Shown here: positions 42,593-55,050 of the stretch, in pieces
Layout: each line of letters opens with the position of its first letter
Position numbering within the stretch: position 1 is the stretch's first letter
From: Podarcis liolepis
Lineage: Eukaryota
Strand: one strand, 5' to 3'
DNA length: 64,000 nt
Assembly (NCBI GenBank): GCA_965112155.1
Contig: OZ218099.1
Position numbers and translations under genes: made by a program
Notes under the pieces: generated by a model
Databases searched by the model: none
Seen by the model: the letters and a program-made list of their open reading frames with translations, nothing else
What the model was told of the DNA's origin: nothing

Positions 42593-42995
42593 TGTCATGG
42601 ACTGGCTGGGTGCAGAGGAGGGGGGGGACCAGCTGGAGAACTCCTTAGGGAACTCCCAGGGGAGGAAGTCTCAGAGCTAGGGGATAGTTGGTGGGATGAT
42701 GATGATGATGATGAATGGTCAGAGGGAGAAGGAGCAGACTGGGAGAATGAAGTGTCAGAAGCAGAAGAGGTGGCAGGGTTTAGTGAACAGGAAGAGGCTG
42801 TGACAGAGAGCAGCTCAGACTCTGAGGCTGAAGCGGAGGCTGGAGGAGAGGGTGGCCAAGAGGCAGAGTGGAGATAGGCTGCTGAAGAATCCAAGGAGTC
42901 TCCCCCTCCTGCTGTGACCAGCTCCCCTCCCCCCTGGTCTCCTAGAACATGCTGAGAAATGAAACTGGCAGAGCAGAGGGTTGTTGGAAGATGCA
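42593..42995 (+). mobile_element. Truncated LTR-like repeat related to 24137
   Basis: TGTCATGGACTGG...GAGGAG start; purine-rich body with an acidic translation. Confidence 0.45.
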
Positions 42996-44612
42996 CAGCT
43001 TTACCAAAAGCCTTTTTCAGCTCACTTGCCCTCCCCTGTTGCCAGCAGAAGCAGAACAAATTGGGTAAATAAGCAAATGTATGCAGGTACACCCTTTCTG
43101 CATAATTTATACCATCATGAGCAAACTGACGACTATGACTCATCTGATGTATCAGATACAGGGCCCTCGTACCTGTTTGTTTATGTGTGCATGCATATTT
43201 TTAATTGTGCTCATGGTAACTGGTGGACTGCATTATTCACTGTAAACACAGATCGCCAACACATTGCATTCAGCTGAGAATCACTGTTTGGTGCAGCTGA
43301 TGAGTGCCTTTACCCAGGAGACTCCATCTAAGAAATCAAATCACAAACAAGTCAACAAAGCTCCTCCCTCCCCCACCTCCCTTTGCATTTTGACAGATGA
43401 CGGCAAGTTCCCTGGAGGCTGTGTTCTTTTCTCTTTTTTGAAAAGGCTTAAACTGTGTATTATTGGAATGTTCAGCAACACTTTGCAAACTGTGGTCTTT
43501 TAATATGCACCTAAATTTTGGAATGCTCTCAGAGGAGGAAAGATGTTCCAAGTAGAATTAGCATGATGTTGCCATCTGTCGGAAATGTCATTCTGTCAAA
43601 GCAGTTTGTCACTGCTCTATTTAGAAGGTTACTGATGATGGCTTAGGTTGCTGAATAATGTAGGGTGGGGAGACGACCTCAAGATGATTTTGCCCTGCAA
43701 AGGGCAAGGTGATCTATTTTGTAAAGCCTCACAAAATGACCTCATTGGGTACCAATGAAAGCATCAGGGCAAAACAGATATTAAGCATTCTGTTATTCTT
43801 ATCTCCCAGCCTTGCTTCATGCCAATGCAGACCTCCTCAACCTGGTGCCCTCCAGATAGATATTTTGGACTACAGCGCCTATCAATCCCAACCAGCATGG
43901 TTTGCTGGAGCTGATGGATGGTGTGGTCCAAAATATCTGGAGGGCACCAGGCTGGGAAAGGCTGGGCTGCTACAAAACACAAGCAGAGTACATGGAGAAA
44001 GGAGATTGAGAAAGGGTTTTGTGGAGGAGTCAGGTATAGGGGCTACAGAAGGGGTTTGAGTTAAACCTCAGGGTTTGGGGACATTTCAGTCAGTCAGTCT
44101 TTCCATCACACCTTTTCCTTTATGGAACTCAAGGTGGTGTATGTGGTTCCCCCTATTTTATCCTCACAACAACTCTGTGAGGTAGGTTAAGCTGAGAGAC
44201 CATGACTAGCCGGTGAGCTTCATGGTTGATTTAAACCCTGATCTCCCAAGTCTTGGTCTGACACTCTAACCACTACACCACAGGTTTCTATTTAATGAAG
44301 GCTAGGGTGCCATCAGCACAAGGATTTCTCCATGTGCAGTGGGATGTTCTCCCCTTCTCCTCCCACTACCTGCCCCCTAAATCTGTTCTGGGGGTTCCCC
44401 CAACTTTCTGGAGCAGATAAGGTGGTGGTGTGCATAGGGGTGGAGAGCAAAGAAAGTCCCATTGCACCAGCAGCGATTCTTGCCTGAGTGCAATTATTTA
44501 GCTGGATACCACCCACAGACTTGCACTGTTAGAACACTGTGTTTTTCCTCATCAGAGAAAATGTATGGGTCTCTCCTTCCTCAGGTGGCACAGGACCCAC
44601 AGGGTTGGGATG

Positions 44613-45025
44613 TGTTATGTACTAAGCTTGGATCCTAGAACAATAGGCAAGTGGGATCCTAGAATGCAACGACTGATTGGCTTGCAGGAAAAGACCAATC
44701 AGACTCCAGGAGGAAGTTAATCAGCCTATTAGGCTGGTAGAATCGTAGAATGCAACAACTGATTGGTCTGCAGGAAAAGACCAATCAGGCTCCAGAGGAC
44801 GTTAATCAGCCTATTAGGCTGGTAGGATGGTAGACTGCAACAACTGATTGGCCTGCAGGAAAAGACCAATCAGGCTCCAGGAGGGAAGTAGAATCAGCCA
44901 ATCAGACGGGACTCATTGTGTAAATAATGTACATAAAAGCCTGAGATTTGGGGGGCAATTCAATCACTGTTTTACAAGCTGCAATAAAGAGCATGAAATC
45001 ACTACAGGACTCTGAGTATATTTCT
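44613..45025 (+). mobile_element. Solo LTR with triplicated ~85-bp CCAAT-box repeat
   Basis: Starts TGTTATGTAC; TATA-like ACATAAAA and AATAAA; GGATG TSD at 44608-44612 and 45026-45030. Confidence 0.8.
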
Positions 45026-47732
45026 GGATGTGTCCCATTGCAGGCACCAATAACGGATTTCCTCTGAGAGCAATTATCAGCTTCGGCTCTCAACTCTGTT
45101 GGCAGGAAATCCCCTCCTCCAAATGGAATACCAGAGAAGCAAATGAGAGGGGAGGACCCTCAAGACCCCACATCTCCCCTGCCATTGCCGGCAACTCAGC
45201 CAGCAGTGCCACCTCATCAGGAAAGGGCAGGAGTAGAGGGAGAGTGGGGGGTGCCCTCGGGTCCTACCTGTGAGCTCCCCACATACACTAGTCTGGTTAC
45301 TGTAGCAAAAGGGTGCTGGACTAGATGATGCCTCTGAGTGTGATGCGGCAAGGCTCTTAGTTAAGCTCCCGTGAAAGGGTTAAATTCCCCTTCCTCACCT
45401 GGCCACCAACTCTGATGCTATTAATTCTGAGCACTCTCTTGCTGATGCAATTCATATTTCTTTATATATAAAATCCACAACTTCAATGCAAACAAGCATT
45501 CAATGCAAACACGCTTCTCGTCTTTGGGCAAAGGATTGATGCACTGCATAATGACAAGCAGGAAAGTGTGTTCCATTCCCCTTAATTTTTTAGACTGACG
45601 TCACACATGTCACTTGAGGTATTTTTTTAGCATCTTTCCCACCATTAGTATACACGCATAAAAGAGAGAAAGATTCTTGTGTCAGGTTTTTTTAAATGCT
45701 TGCTTGGCAAGCAGGAAGCTGAATTTATGACCTTCCTGCTTTTTTCCCCTTTTTGCTATCTGTGGAATAAATACCAGCTAGCAGAAGCATGTTTTTTAAT
45801 CCTCCACTCACCATTTTTCCCCATAGAGTGGAAGGCATTTGAGAATCACTTTTTTCAGACTTTAACCACCGCTTCTGAGGATATGTTAGTCATTGTTGAC
45901 AGGCTCCGGCACTATTCCTTTATTTATTTTTATCTATTATTTCCATTCATAGGCCACTTTACTAGCTAAAAGATCTTAAAGCAGTTTACATAGGCAATAT
46001 GTGTCCATCCCCCCCCCAAAAAAATCAAATGATTTGCATAGCAAAATACATAAACAATATCCATAAATATGCAGTTAATGTCAGTAATGTGTCCAAAAAT
46101 GCCTAAACCAGGGTATAAAGTGTGCATAAAAATGCATATATTTGGTTTAAAAAAACAACAACCCACATACAAATGCATTGCATTAGGAAACATGTGTATG
46201 TTTGGGGAAATTCGCACAAAAATGCTGATGAATTTTCACAGGGACTTTTTCTTTTTTAAATTGCTAACCGATGTGGAAATGCAGAACACTAAAGTTGAGG
46301 CAGGCCAAGTAAGATACCGAGAGACACCACGATTGACAAATTCCTACATCCCTAGTTGATCCTGGAATCTTCTGCATACGAAGCAGACCTTCTGCCCCTG
46401 AGCTACAACATCACCCACATCATGATGAAGGGACAGATTTTTAGTCTAGCTCCAGAGTAGCAGAGAGCACCATCTGGAGAAGGAGAGCAGGAGAGGAAGT
46501 CTTCTCCTAGTAGAGATTGTGGTGACATTGATAGTGGGGGAAATGTAACTTGTGGATGGTGTTATGGAGTACGGGACGGGCAATTCCCGAGGGATTGCTA
46601 AAGCACATGAAAACAACGCACTCACCTTTCAAAAAGCTGACTTGACCATTTAATTAAACAACCCAAGCAAAGTCAGCATTGTTGCCTTTTCTTGCCAGGA
46701 GCTATTTAGCAGCTTCTTGACTCCCTCTCTCCCTCTCCCACCACCACCCTCTCGGGGTCCTCTGGCTAGAAAGCAAATGCAGAGCCGCCTGCAGTTTAAT
46801 GGACCGGCTGTGCTGAAGTAAACAGTTGCCTTTACAAAAGGAACATGCAGACCGATCCCCTCTGCCAATGCCTTTGAGGACCCATTGTCAGGCCGCCTTG
46901 TATCCAAGAAGGCAGAAAGAATTTGCAGAGCGAATGCCGAGCCAGGAAGACAAAAGATAAATCCTATCATAACTGGGGGAAATGATAAGTAACTCCAGGG
47001 GCTTCTCTGGGGAAATGTGTGTTGCTGAATAGCCAAGGTTGTTGCTGTTTTCCCCCTCTTTCTTCTCCTTTTTCATTTGAAGGCACTTAAGAGCCTCTCA
47101 TGCAGAAATCTTCTGAAAGATACACCTTAGAGGGGTATTGGGAAATATTGACAGATAAATATTTCACACTTATTATGAGGAGCTCAGCAGGTGGCACACA
47201 CTCTGCAGCATGCACAAAGGAGGCCAGATCTTCTGGGGCTCCATCTTCTTCTATAGCATGCCTGCAGCTGGTTTGCCTTTGTAGGAAGCAACCAAAGAAA
47301 CGTGTCTTGAAATAGGAGCTGGGAGCATCAAATATAGGCAGTCATGTATGGTCACAGCATAGATGACTCCAAGGCAAAACCGCCACTATTGCATCTAACA
47401 GCATGGCAGCTCTGAGTGCTGGTGGGATCATGACAATGGGCAGGAGCAAGGGGCAGGTGTCAAGCAAGGATGCTTATCCGGTGACACGAGTCAAGCATAC
47501 AATTTGGGTTTCATTGAAATCCCAGTTCATAAGAAGAGCCCTGCTGTGTCTGGTCAAAGAACCATCTACTCCAACATCCTGTCCTCAGCCTTGACTGTGC
47601 ACTCTGAGGAAGCTCTACAGAGACTCAACTGTTTTGCTCAAGTCTGAGGGGAATTTAGCTTAACCATCAGCCTGACAGAGATTAATATCCTGGGTTAGGA
47701 CATTGCCAACACTCCATGTATCAGCACTGGTG

Positions 47733-48176
47733 GTCAGGAGCTCATCTTACACTCGAGTAGGACCCTGGCAGAGACACATGACCGACTGGCATGTTCTCTC
47801 CCTCCTGGTCGATCGTTCGGGAGCTTCAAAAATTTTCTTCAGCCGGAACATCACAGCAACTGATGCCAACCAACACTGGCACACTTAGGGATCCTCAGAG
47901 TCTGCGCAGTTCGCGTGACAGACCTCAGCAACTCAGCATTTTGGCTAATCTACTTTATTTGCATATAAACACAGAGAGAGCACAGCAACATGGCTCCCTC
48001 TCTCTCTAGCATCAGACAGCAAAGAGAACAAACAAAGGACAATAGTCCCACTTCACGGAACACAGTAACACAAACATCCTGTCTCCGTCACTTCCCACTT
48101 TGTGGAGTCAAAACATATACCGTCATGTGATAGACAAAAATCCCATGACTGCAATTATGGAGCAGGAATTCTAACA
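47733..48176 (-). mobile_element. Solo LTR nested in the RTE fragment
   Basis: Minus strand starts TGTTAGAATT; AATAAA near 47955; GTCA duplicated at 47733-47736 and 48177-48180; RTE reading frame rejoins across it. Confidence 0.7.
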
Positions 48177-48681
48177 GTCACATGCTTGAAGCGGTAGATG
48201 ATTTTGTTTACCTGGGCTCCACCATAGCCAGCAACCTTTCCACCAATGCTGAGCTGGACAAGCATATTGGCAAGACAGCTACAGCAATGGCTCACCTCTC
48301 CAAAAGGGTATGGGAGAATGTGATGCTAGCCAAGATGAATACCAAGACCAAGATGAAGGTTTACCAGTCCTGCATGTTGAGCACACCTCTTTATGGAAGT
48401 GAGTTGTGGGTAACTTACAATCACCACCAGCAATGCCTCAATGTCTTCCACATGCACAGCTTCAGGAATATTTTGAGCAACACATGGCATAACAGAGTCT
48501 CAGGCAAAGATGCACTCTCCCAAACCCACATTCCCAGCATGCACACACTCCTGTCTCAGCAACCCATACGCTGGCTTGATCATGCCCACAGAATGGAAGA
48601 TGGCAGGATCCCCAAGGACGTGTTCTATGGGGAGCTGGCTTCAGGCACCAGGCCCATTCGCAGACCAACTCTGCATTGCAA

Positions 48682-49035
48682 GGTAAAGGTAAAGGGACCC
48701 CTGACCATTAGGTCCAGTCGTGGCCGACTCTGGGGTTGCGGCGCTCATCTCGCTTTATTGGCCAAGGGAGCCAGCGTACAGCTTCCGGGTCATGTGGCCA
48801 GCATGACTAAGCTGCTTCTGGCGAACCAGAGCAGCGCATGGAAACGCCGTTTACCTTCCCGCCGGAGTGGTACCTATTTATCTACTTGCACTTTGACATG
48901 CTTTTGAACTGCTAGGTTGGCAGGAGCAGGGACTGAACAGCGGGAGCTTACCCCGTCGCAGGGATTCGAACCACCGACCTTCTGATCAGCAAGTCCTAGG
49001 CTCTGTGGTTTAACCCACAGCACCACCCGCATCCC
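48682..49035 (-). mobile_element. Sauria SINE (Squam1), full length, inserted in an RTE LINE
   Basis: Reverse complement of the 11808 family; TSD TCTGCATTGCAA at 48670-48681 and 49037-49048. Confidence 0.92.
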
Positions 49036-50151
49036 ATCTGCATTGCAAAGGTGCCTGCAAATGACACACAAAGGCTGGTGATATCAACCACACCATGTGG
49101 GAATTCCTTGCAGACTACCGCAGTGCCTGAAGACAAGTCATGCATCCACAGCAATAACTGAAGGAGGAATTACCGCTGGGGAGGAGCACAGAGAGAAGAA
49201 ACACCATGGTACACCTGCTTCAGCACAACCAGGGGCATTCAAATGTAGCTCAAACTACAGAAGCGGAGCAACGGGCAGAAGCGGAGCAAAAAGAAAGAGA
49301 TGGATAAAAGAGACCTCATCCCTCCACTGGCAGCCCTTTCACCTGATTTTCCCATAACCACTTCCTGCACAGGCATGAAGATGGGGTCAGACGCCTAGAA
49401 AACCCAGCACACTGGCTTTAATACCTTACTATGCAGCAGTTATAATTACTTGGAGGAAATAATTGCCTGCAAGTGCCTGTAATTGATTAACTGGGTTAAA
49501 AAGCAGATGATTTAATCACCTAACATTCTGTAATTGGTTGGCAGCATTTACACTTAAGTTTTGTTTAATTACCCATTAATATTTATACGGCACCCTTCCT
49601 CTGAAGAGCTTAGAGCAGTATTTTGACAACAGTCTTGTAAGGCAGGCTATGCCAGGACACGATGAATTGTCTGGGGCCTTTTGTGATGCTCATATAGCCA
49701 AGGGAGAATTTGAAAGTGGCTTCCTTGCTGCCAAGCTAGGCTGGCCAGGTACAAAAGAAGACAAGGCTCTTGCACCTTTTCAATTTTTTGCAGTGCTAGC
49801 ACCCCCTGCTGAATTTCCCTCTTCTGCACAGCTATTGAAGGTGTCTCACCCACACCCACCACTCTCAATTGCACCCCCCCACCCCACATCCCAGTTGCTC
49901 CAGGTTGGCATGAGTAACTATTTCTGGACAGTATCCAGCTCAGCAGTTCCACTAGTGCAAGTGCTTTTGGCTGGGCAGCTGAAATTCCCCTCCTGTCCTC
50001 TCCCACTCAACTTCCCCCACAAACCCCAAATCTGCTGAGGGATGGTGGGGAAAACCCCAGAACGTATTTAGACATGCATGGGGGTTATATGGTAGGAGAA
50101 CAGAGAGAGGATGTTGCATTGGATACCTGAAAGTGCTTGTATGGTGTAGTG

Positions 50152-50308
50152 CACGGGTAGGCAAACTAAGGCCTGGGGGCCGGATCCAGCCCAATTACCT
50201 TCTCAATCCGGCCCGCGGACGGTCCGGCAATCAGCATGTTTTTTATATGAGTAGAATGTGTCTCTGGGTTATTTGTGGGGCATAGGAATTGGTTCATTCC
50301 CCCCCCCC

Positions 50309-50380
<72 letters not shown>

Positions 50381-50445
50381 CAGCCCCCCACAAGGTCTGA
50401 GGGACAGTGGACTGGCTCCCTGCTGAAAAAGCTTGCTGACCCCTG
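50152..50445. mobile_element. hAT non-autonomous element inserted in a SINE A-box
   Basis: CACGGGTAGGCAAACT / AGCTTGCTGACCCCTG termini; TSD GTGTAGTG at 50144-50151 and 50446-50453; internal (AT)n(AG)n. Confidence 0.85.
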
Positions 50446-50650
50446 GTGTAGTGGTTAGAATGTTAGACTAGGACCTGGGAGACCAGGGTTTCAATCCCCA
50501 TTTAATCTTGAAGCTCGCTGGGAGACCTTGGGCCAAGCACTGCTTCTCAGCCTAACCTACTTCACAGGGCTGTTGTGAGGATAATATGAATAGCAAAAAG
50601 CATGTACGCCGACTTGGAGGAAAAGGTGGGATGTAAATGAAACAAATAAA
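50446..50650 (+). mobile_element. Older MIR/Squam3-like SINE (related copies at 7505-7645, 44150-44282, 14452-14760)
   Basis: GTGTAGTGGTTAGAATGTTAGACTAGGACCTGGGAGACCAGGGTT head, ACCTTGGGCCA and CTCAGCCTAACCTAC core. Confidence 0.7.
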
Positions 50651-50919
50651 CTGTTTAGTTGGTTCCCACCCTTTGTATTGTTATCTGATATCATGATATT
50701 TTCTTCAAATTTCAAAACTTACAATTTGAATATTATTATTTTTTCATTTGCTTTTCCTTAGGATTTCATGTCCCTATCAGACCACGATGAGATGCTGGAA
50801 ATGATGAGCTCTGAGCTCTGAAACACTCGCTTTTCTTTACGTAGCACAAGTGCTAACTAAAGGAAATTAAATAGGTGGGCTTCTCTCAGTGTTTTACTAG
50901 GGACTCCGCAACATGAGTA

Positions 50920-51162
50920 CAGTGGTACCTCGGGTTAAGAACTTAAATTCGTTCTGGAGGTCCTTTCTTAACCTGAAACTGTTCTTAACCTGAAGCACCA
51001 CTTTAGCTAATGGGGCCTCCTGCTGCCGCCATGCCACCGGAGCACGATTTCTGTTCTCATCCTGAAGCAAAGTTCTTAACCCGAGGTAATATTTCTGGGT
51101 TAGCGAAGTCTGTAACCTGAAGCATCTGTAACCTGAAGCGTATGTAACCCAAGGTACCACTG
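50920..51162 (+). mobile_element. Tigger-like MITE (same family)
   Basis: CAGTGGTACCTCGGGTTA ... AAGGTACCACTG, TA TSD. Confidence 0.9.
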
Positions 51163-51735
51163 TAAAGGTAACAGGGGTTTGAATGTGCTATAATCATGCA
51201 ACATCAGATGGCGCCAGAGAGCAGGAAATTTTAAAACACAGTTTTCCATAGAGATTTCTTTCTTGTGTTATAATTTCTCACTTGTTTATATTGGTCCCAC
51301 CCTCCCATGTCTGGAATCATCCTAGCTGTGTTTTTGTGCCTGAGACAGAGAAATTATCCTGGTAAAGATTATCCCACTAGTTATCCTGCTAAATGTCTGT
51401 GTTAGCAAAGGCCAATCTAGGGGAGTGCAGCGGGTTCAGTTGCACAGCTCCTGGGGTGCTGTAGCAGGTGCCACAACTTTGAGGTCCACCAAAAGGTGAG
51501 AGGCAGGGAGGTGCTGGATTTTGACATTGCACAGGACACTACTGAAATTTGAGACACCGAAACCTGCCACTGGTGTTCAGTTGCTATTGAAGGCAAATAT
51601 CAGGAATGGGGAACCTGAGACTCTCCAGGTATCTGTTTTTGCTTTTGCTGGACTTTAACTCCCACCTGCCACAGCCAGCACAGCCAACCATCAGGTTGCC
51701 CAACAGTGACTGGAGGGCAACAGATTCCCCATTTC

Positions 51736-51882
51736 CGTTGCTTTTTTTTCTGGGGGGATGCAGGGGTACGCATACCCCTAAACATTTTGTGAATCTAAGT
51801 TTGGCCTCATTGAGGGGCAGTATTTCAGTATAAGTAGGAAAATGAGAGTACCCCTAAACATTTTTTTAGAATAAAAGCACTG
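51736..51882. mobile_element. hAT-type MITE nested in the end of a palindromic MITE
   Basis: TGCTTTT / AAAAGCACTG termini; TSD CCCATTTC at 51728-51735 and 51883-51890. Confidence 0.8.
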
Positions 51883-51913
51883 CCCATTTCTGAAAAAGAC
51901 AAGAGGTCTCAAC

Positions 51914-51915
<2 letters not shown>

Positions 51916-51964
<49 letters not shown>
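51916..51964. repeat. (TG)n microsatellite
   Basis: Direct reading. Confidence 0.95.
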
Positions 51965-51967
<3 letters not shown>

Positions 51968-54900
51968 TAAAAAGCCATTATAGACATTAAGGATGTTTTA
52001 GCATAACTGTTTTTATGATATTTGATGAAGGCTTTCCATTCCCTTGCTACCTACCCAAGTATTTGAGGCATGTCAAACTAGAATTAAAGTAATTAGAAAA
52101 CCCTGAAGCAATCACCCAATCCTCTTTTATATCCCCTTCTCCGTTATTTCTTCACATGACTTATTGCTGCAGTCATGAGCACACTTTGTGAGTAGTGAGC
52201 CCCATAGACACAATGGGATTTCCCAGGTTTATACCGACATAGAACGCACTATCACCCAATCCCCTTTTAGTTCTCTTTTATTTAGTTGCTGAATGCATAG
52301 TGCAATCCAATAGCCACTAGGAGTTAGCCCCGTTGAACTGAATGGAACTCACTTCTGAGTAGCATTTTGGGTGGTATTCTGCTGCAAAACTATAAATCTT
52401 GCAAGGCACAGACACCTTTTACACACAATGAATTGCCAATTCAAATCTAGATACAAACGCGTGGCCTCATTTTCCAGGGGTCTCCAGAACCTGCAAGTCA
52501 GAAAATGCATCGCTGGCTGCAGTATTGGATAACAAGGGGAGATACAGACACTCCATACTTTCCCATCCCTCTCAAATGACTTTTTTTCTTCCAGTGAGAG
52601 AAACTATCTTGTCTCATAATTTGCAATGATTAAATAAAAGCAGAGAAGTGATCGATACAAGAGCTGCTTCATTATCAATTCTGCCAGAAAACTATTGTTC
52701 ATTATTAGGCTGGGGGGAGGGTCGAGGTGAAATGCCATCACTTTGACAGCCGGCTGCATTTTAATCCATTGCCCTAGGGAGCATCCTCCTATTTGTCAAA
52801 CACCCAAAGATTGGGAGTGGGGGAATATTCACGGTGGTCTATGGCAGTGTGGCATTATGCAAAATAATTTTAACTGGTTTTAATAATCTTATGCGTAAAT
52901 CGCCCAGAAATTGTATTTTTAAAGGGTGATTAATAAATCAATCATAATAATAATTTATTAGGCAGGGGAGAAATTAACTGCATTTGAATGCAGGGGAGGG
53001 TGAAGAGTGTGACATGGAAATAACTGCCCTTAAAATATAGGTTGTGCGCACATTACTGTTTACTCTGGCTTCAGTCTGTTCCCACCGCTGGTGTTTGAAG
53101 CCAAGTGTGCCTGATGTTAGCCACAATCTATATCTATCCTGTAGTTTCTGGAGAAATACTGCTGCCGGATGCATTTTCCGTCAAACCAGCTGCAGTCCAA
53201 TTTGAGCCACATTCACCTCACAGTTAAGCTGAGCTGTGTACATTGGAGACAACTGCTGCATGTGCCTATTCTTGAATAGGGGTTTGGGAGTGCAGGTGTG
53301 GGGAAACCCAACAGGTAAGGCACATTAGATGAAGACATCCACCACTCCTTCTCTGGTGTGTACAGCAATGTGCAATTGTGAGTTGAAGCACAGTGCGGGA
53401 GAAAGGACCTTGCTGCATTTAAATCACTGACATGTACATAACCAGCTATTCAGTAGGCACACGGTAATATTTTTTGCATGGCTGCCCAACAGTACTTATG
53501 CCAGGTGCAAAGAACCCAAAACACACAGTCCATGGAGCTGCTCTTTTAACCATTGCTTTTATACACATCTCTGTTCTAAAATATATGAAACTAAAGTATT
53601 GGGAACTGGAAGAAATGTCTCACGAATATTTCACAGATCTTTCTGAGGATTTTCCTTATTAAATGTTGGAGGAGGAGGACTTCAGGGTCTTATTGGGGGA
53701 GGGATATGAAAATGATGTTTAAACCACTTACTTTATTAAATGAGATTTGCAAAACAAAACATTTGCAACTAATTTTCCATGAAATGTGTCTGCGTTTACC
53801 TGGTAGCATCAGAAAGTAGTCTGAGCAAACTAGCACTCCTCAGAAACGGCAGGTGTTCTGTCATAAGGCCAAAACTCTTAAACTGCCTAGATATTTTGCC
53901 TGTAATGTGTGACCTTGCAAAAAATAATAATTCATGGAGGAGACAGAGAGAGGGAGATTTAATGGAAAAGGCCAGAAAAACAAAGCTTATAAAGTTTTTA
54001 AATATATACAGCTGCATTGGTACATTAGATTTTTTAAAATAAATAAAAAATCAATACATTTGCAGAGTAATAATTTTATTGGGATACAGAAAATGTTACA
54101 AAATATTCAGCAAACTTTGTAGAATCGTTATTCAGGCTGGATGATATAATAAACAGAAATAGCCAGTGTGGGATAAGTGCATTTGGGGCAGGATAGAAAA
54201 TCCCCAGTAGGGGCCACGGTGCAATTTCAGAAATGCAGAAATCGCCATTTCAATATAAATATAAAAATGAAGGCTTATTAGATTGTGTTTGGGATGGGAA
54301 TGTGGTACTATGTGGGTTGCGGGCCTTTGTTGCAAGTTTGCACGGGTCTGCAGAAAATGATGCTTGGGCTCCAATCACTCTGTCTTTGGGGATATAGCAT
54401 TGCCTAGGAAGAGGTTTGTTCCCACCTTGATTGACCTTGACATGCTGACAAGGCATCAAATCATCCCATCCTGGGGTCCACTTGCAACCCAGCTCTGGGG
54501 ACGAGGCTGCAGCTTTGCAAAGCTCCAACGCTCAGCATCGTTTTGTTGGCTTGCATCCAGACAGAAAGAGATTCACTTTTAATTATTCAGAACTCATCTT
54601 TCCTCCCATTAAAAGCAAATGGGAAACGGATGGGTTTGGGCAATGAATCCCCAGCAGGATATTTAGGTTTAAAACAAAACCTGTCCAGTTAAATGTTTCC
54701 TTACAGAAATGGATTTGATTACTCTAATCTTCCCCCTTCAGTTTGTGTAGTTTGAGGCAAGCGCTGTGCAAGGGATATAAAAAGCTGTATTTAAAAAAAG
54801 AAAAGAAGAAGAAGAAGAAGAAGAAAGCCCGACACGGGATTTGCAGCGATGCCTTTAATGTTTTCTTCAATCAGGAGGATAAGAGAAGGGAGGATTTAGG

Positions 54901-55050
54901 TTTTGTTTCTGCTTGGCTCTGCTTTGTGTGGCCTGTTTGATTCGCATTCGAGACCACTCTTCTCCCTTGTCTCTGTAGGCCACTCTTGGGCACCTGTTGA
55001 AACCAGAAATGAAAAGGAGGCACAAAACCAATTTGAAGTCCTATTCACTG

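Larger units (their letters stand above)
47588..49230 (+). mobile_element. RTE-clade LINE 3' fragment (RT C-terminus), interrupted by a solo LTR and a SINE
   Basis: HSEEALQRL..LTIS..NILG | LEAVDDFVYLGS...KMKVYQSCMLSTPLYGSELW...RWLDHAHRMEDGRIPKDVFYGEL...; homology resumes after the SINE (WEFLADYRS). Confidence 0.85.

Noticed and set aside
48182-48907. 241-aa ORF, the longest on the plus strand
   Set aside because: Chimera of decayed RTE RT reading into an antisense Sauria SINE; not a gene
55002-55014. ACCAGAAATGAAA in the flank matching the PBS-LTR junction (61038-61050)
   Set aside because: Short A-rich match outside the TSD-defined boundary; most likely chance
54960-55050. Pyrimidine tract plus TAG resembling a splice acceptor just before the ERV
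   Set aside because: No recognisable coding frame or clear donor across the reconstructed empty site; cannot be supported without RNA data
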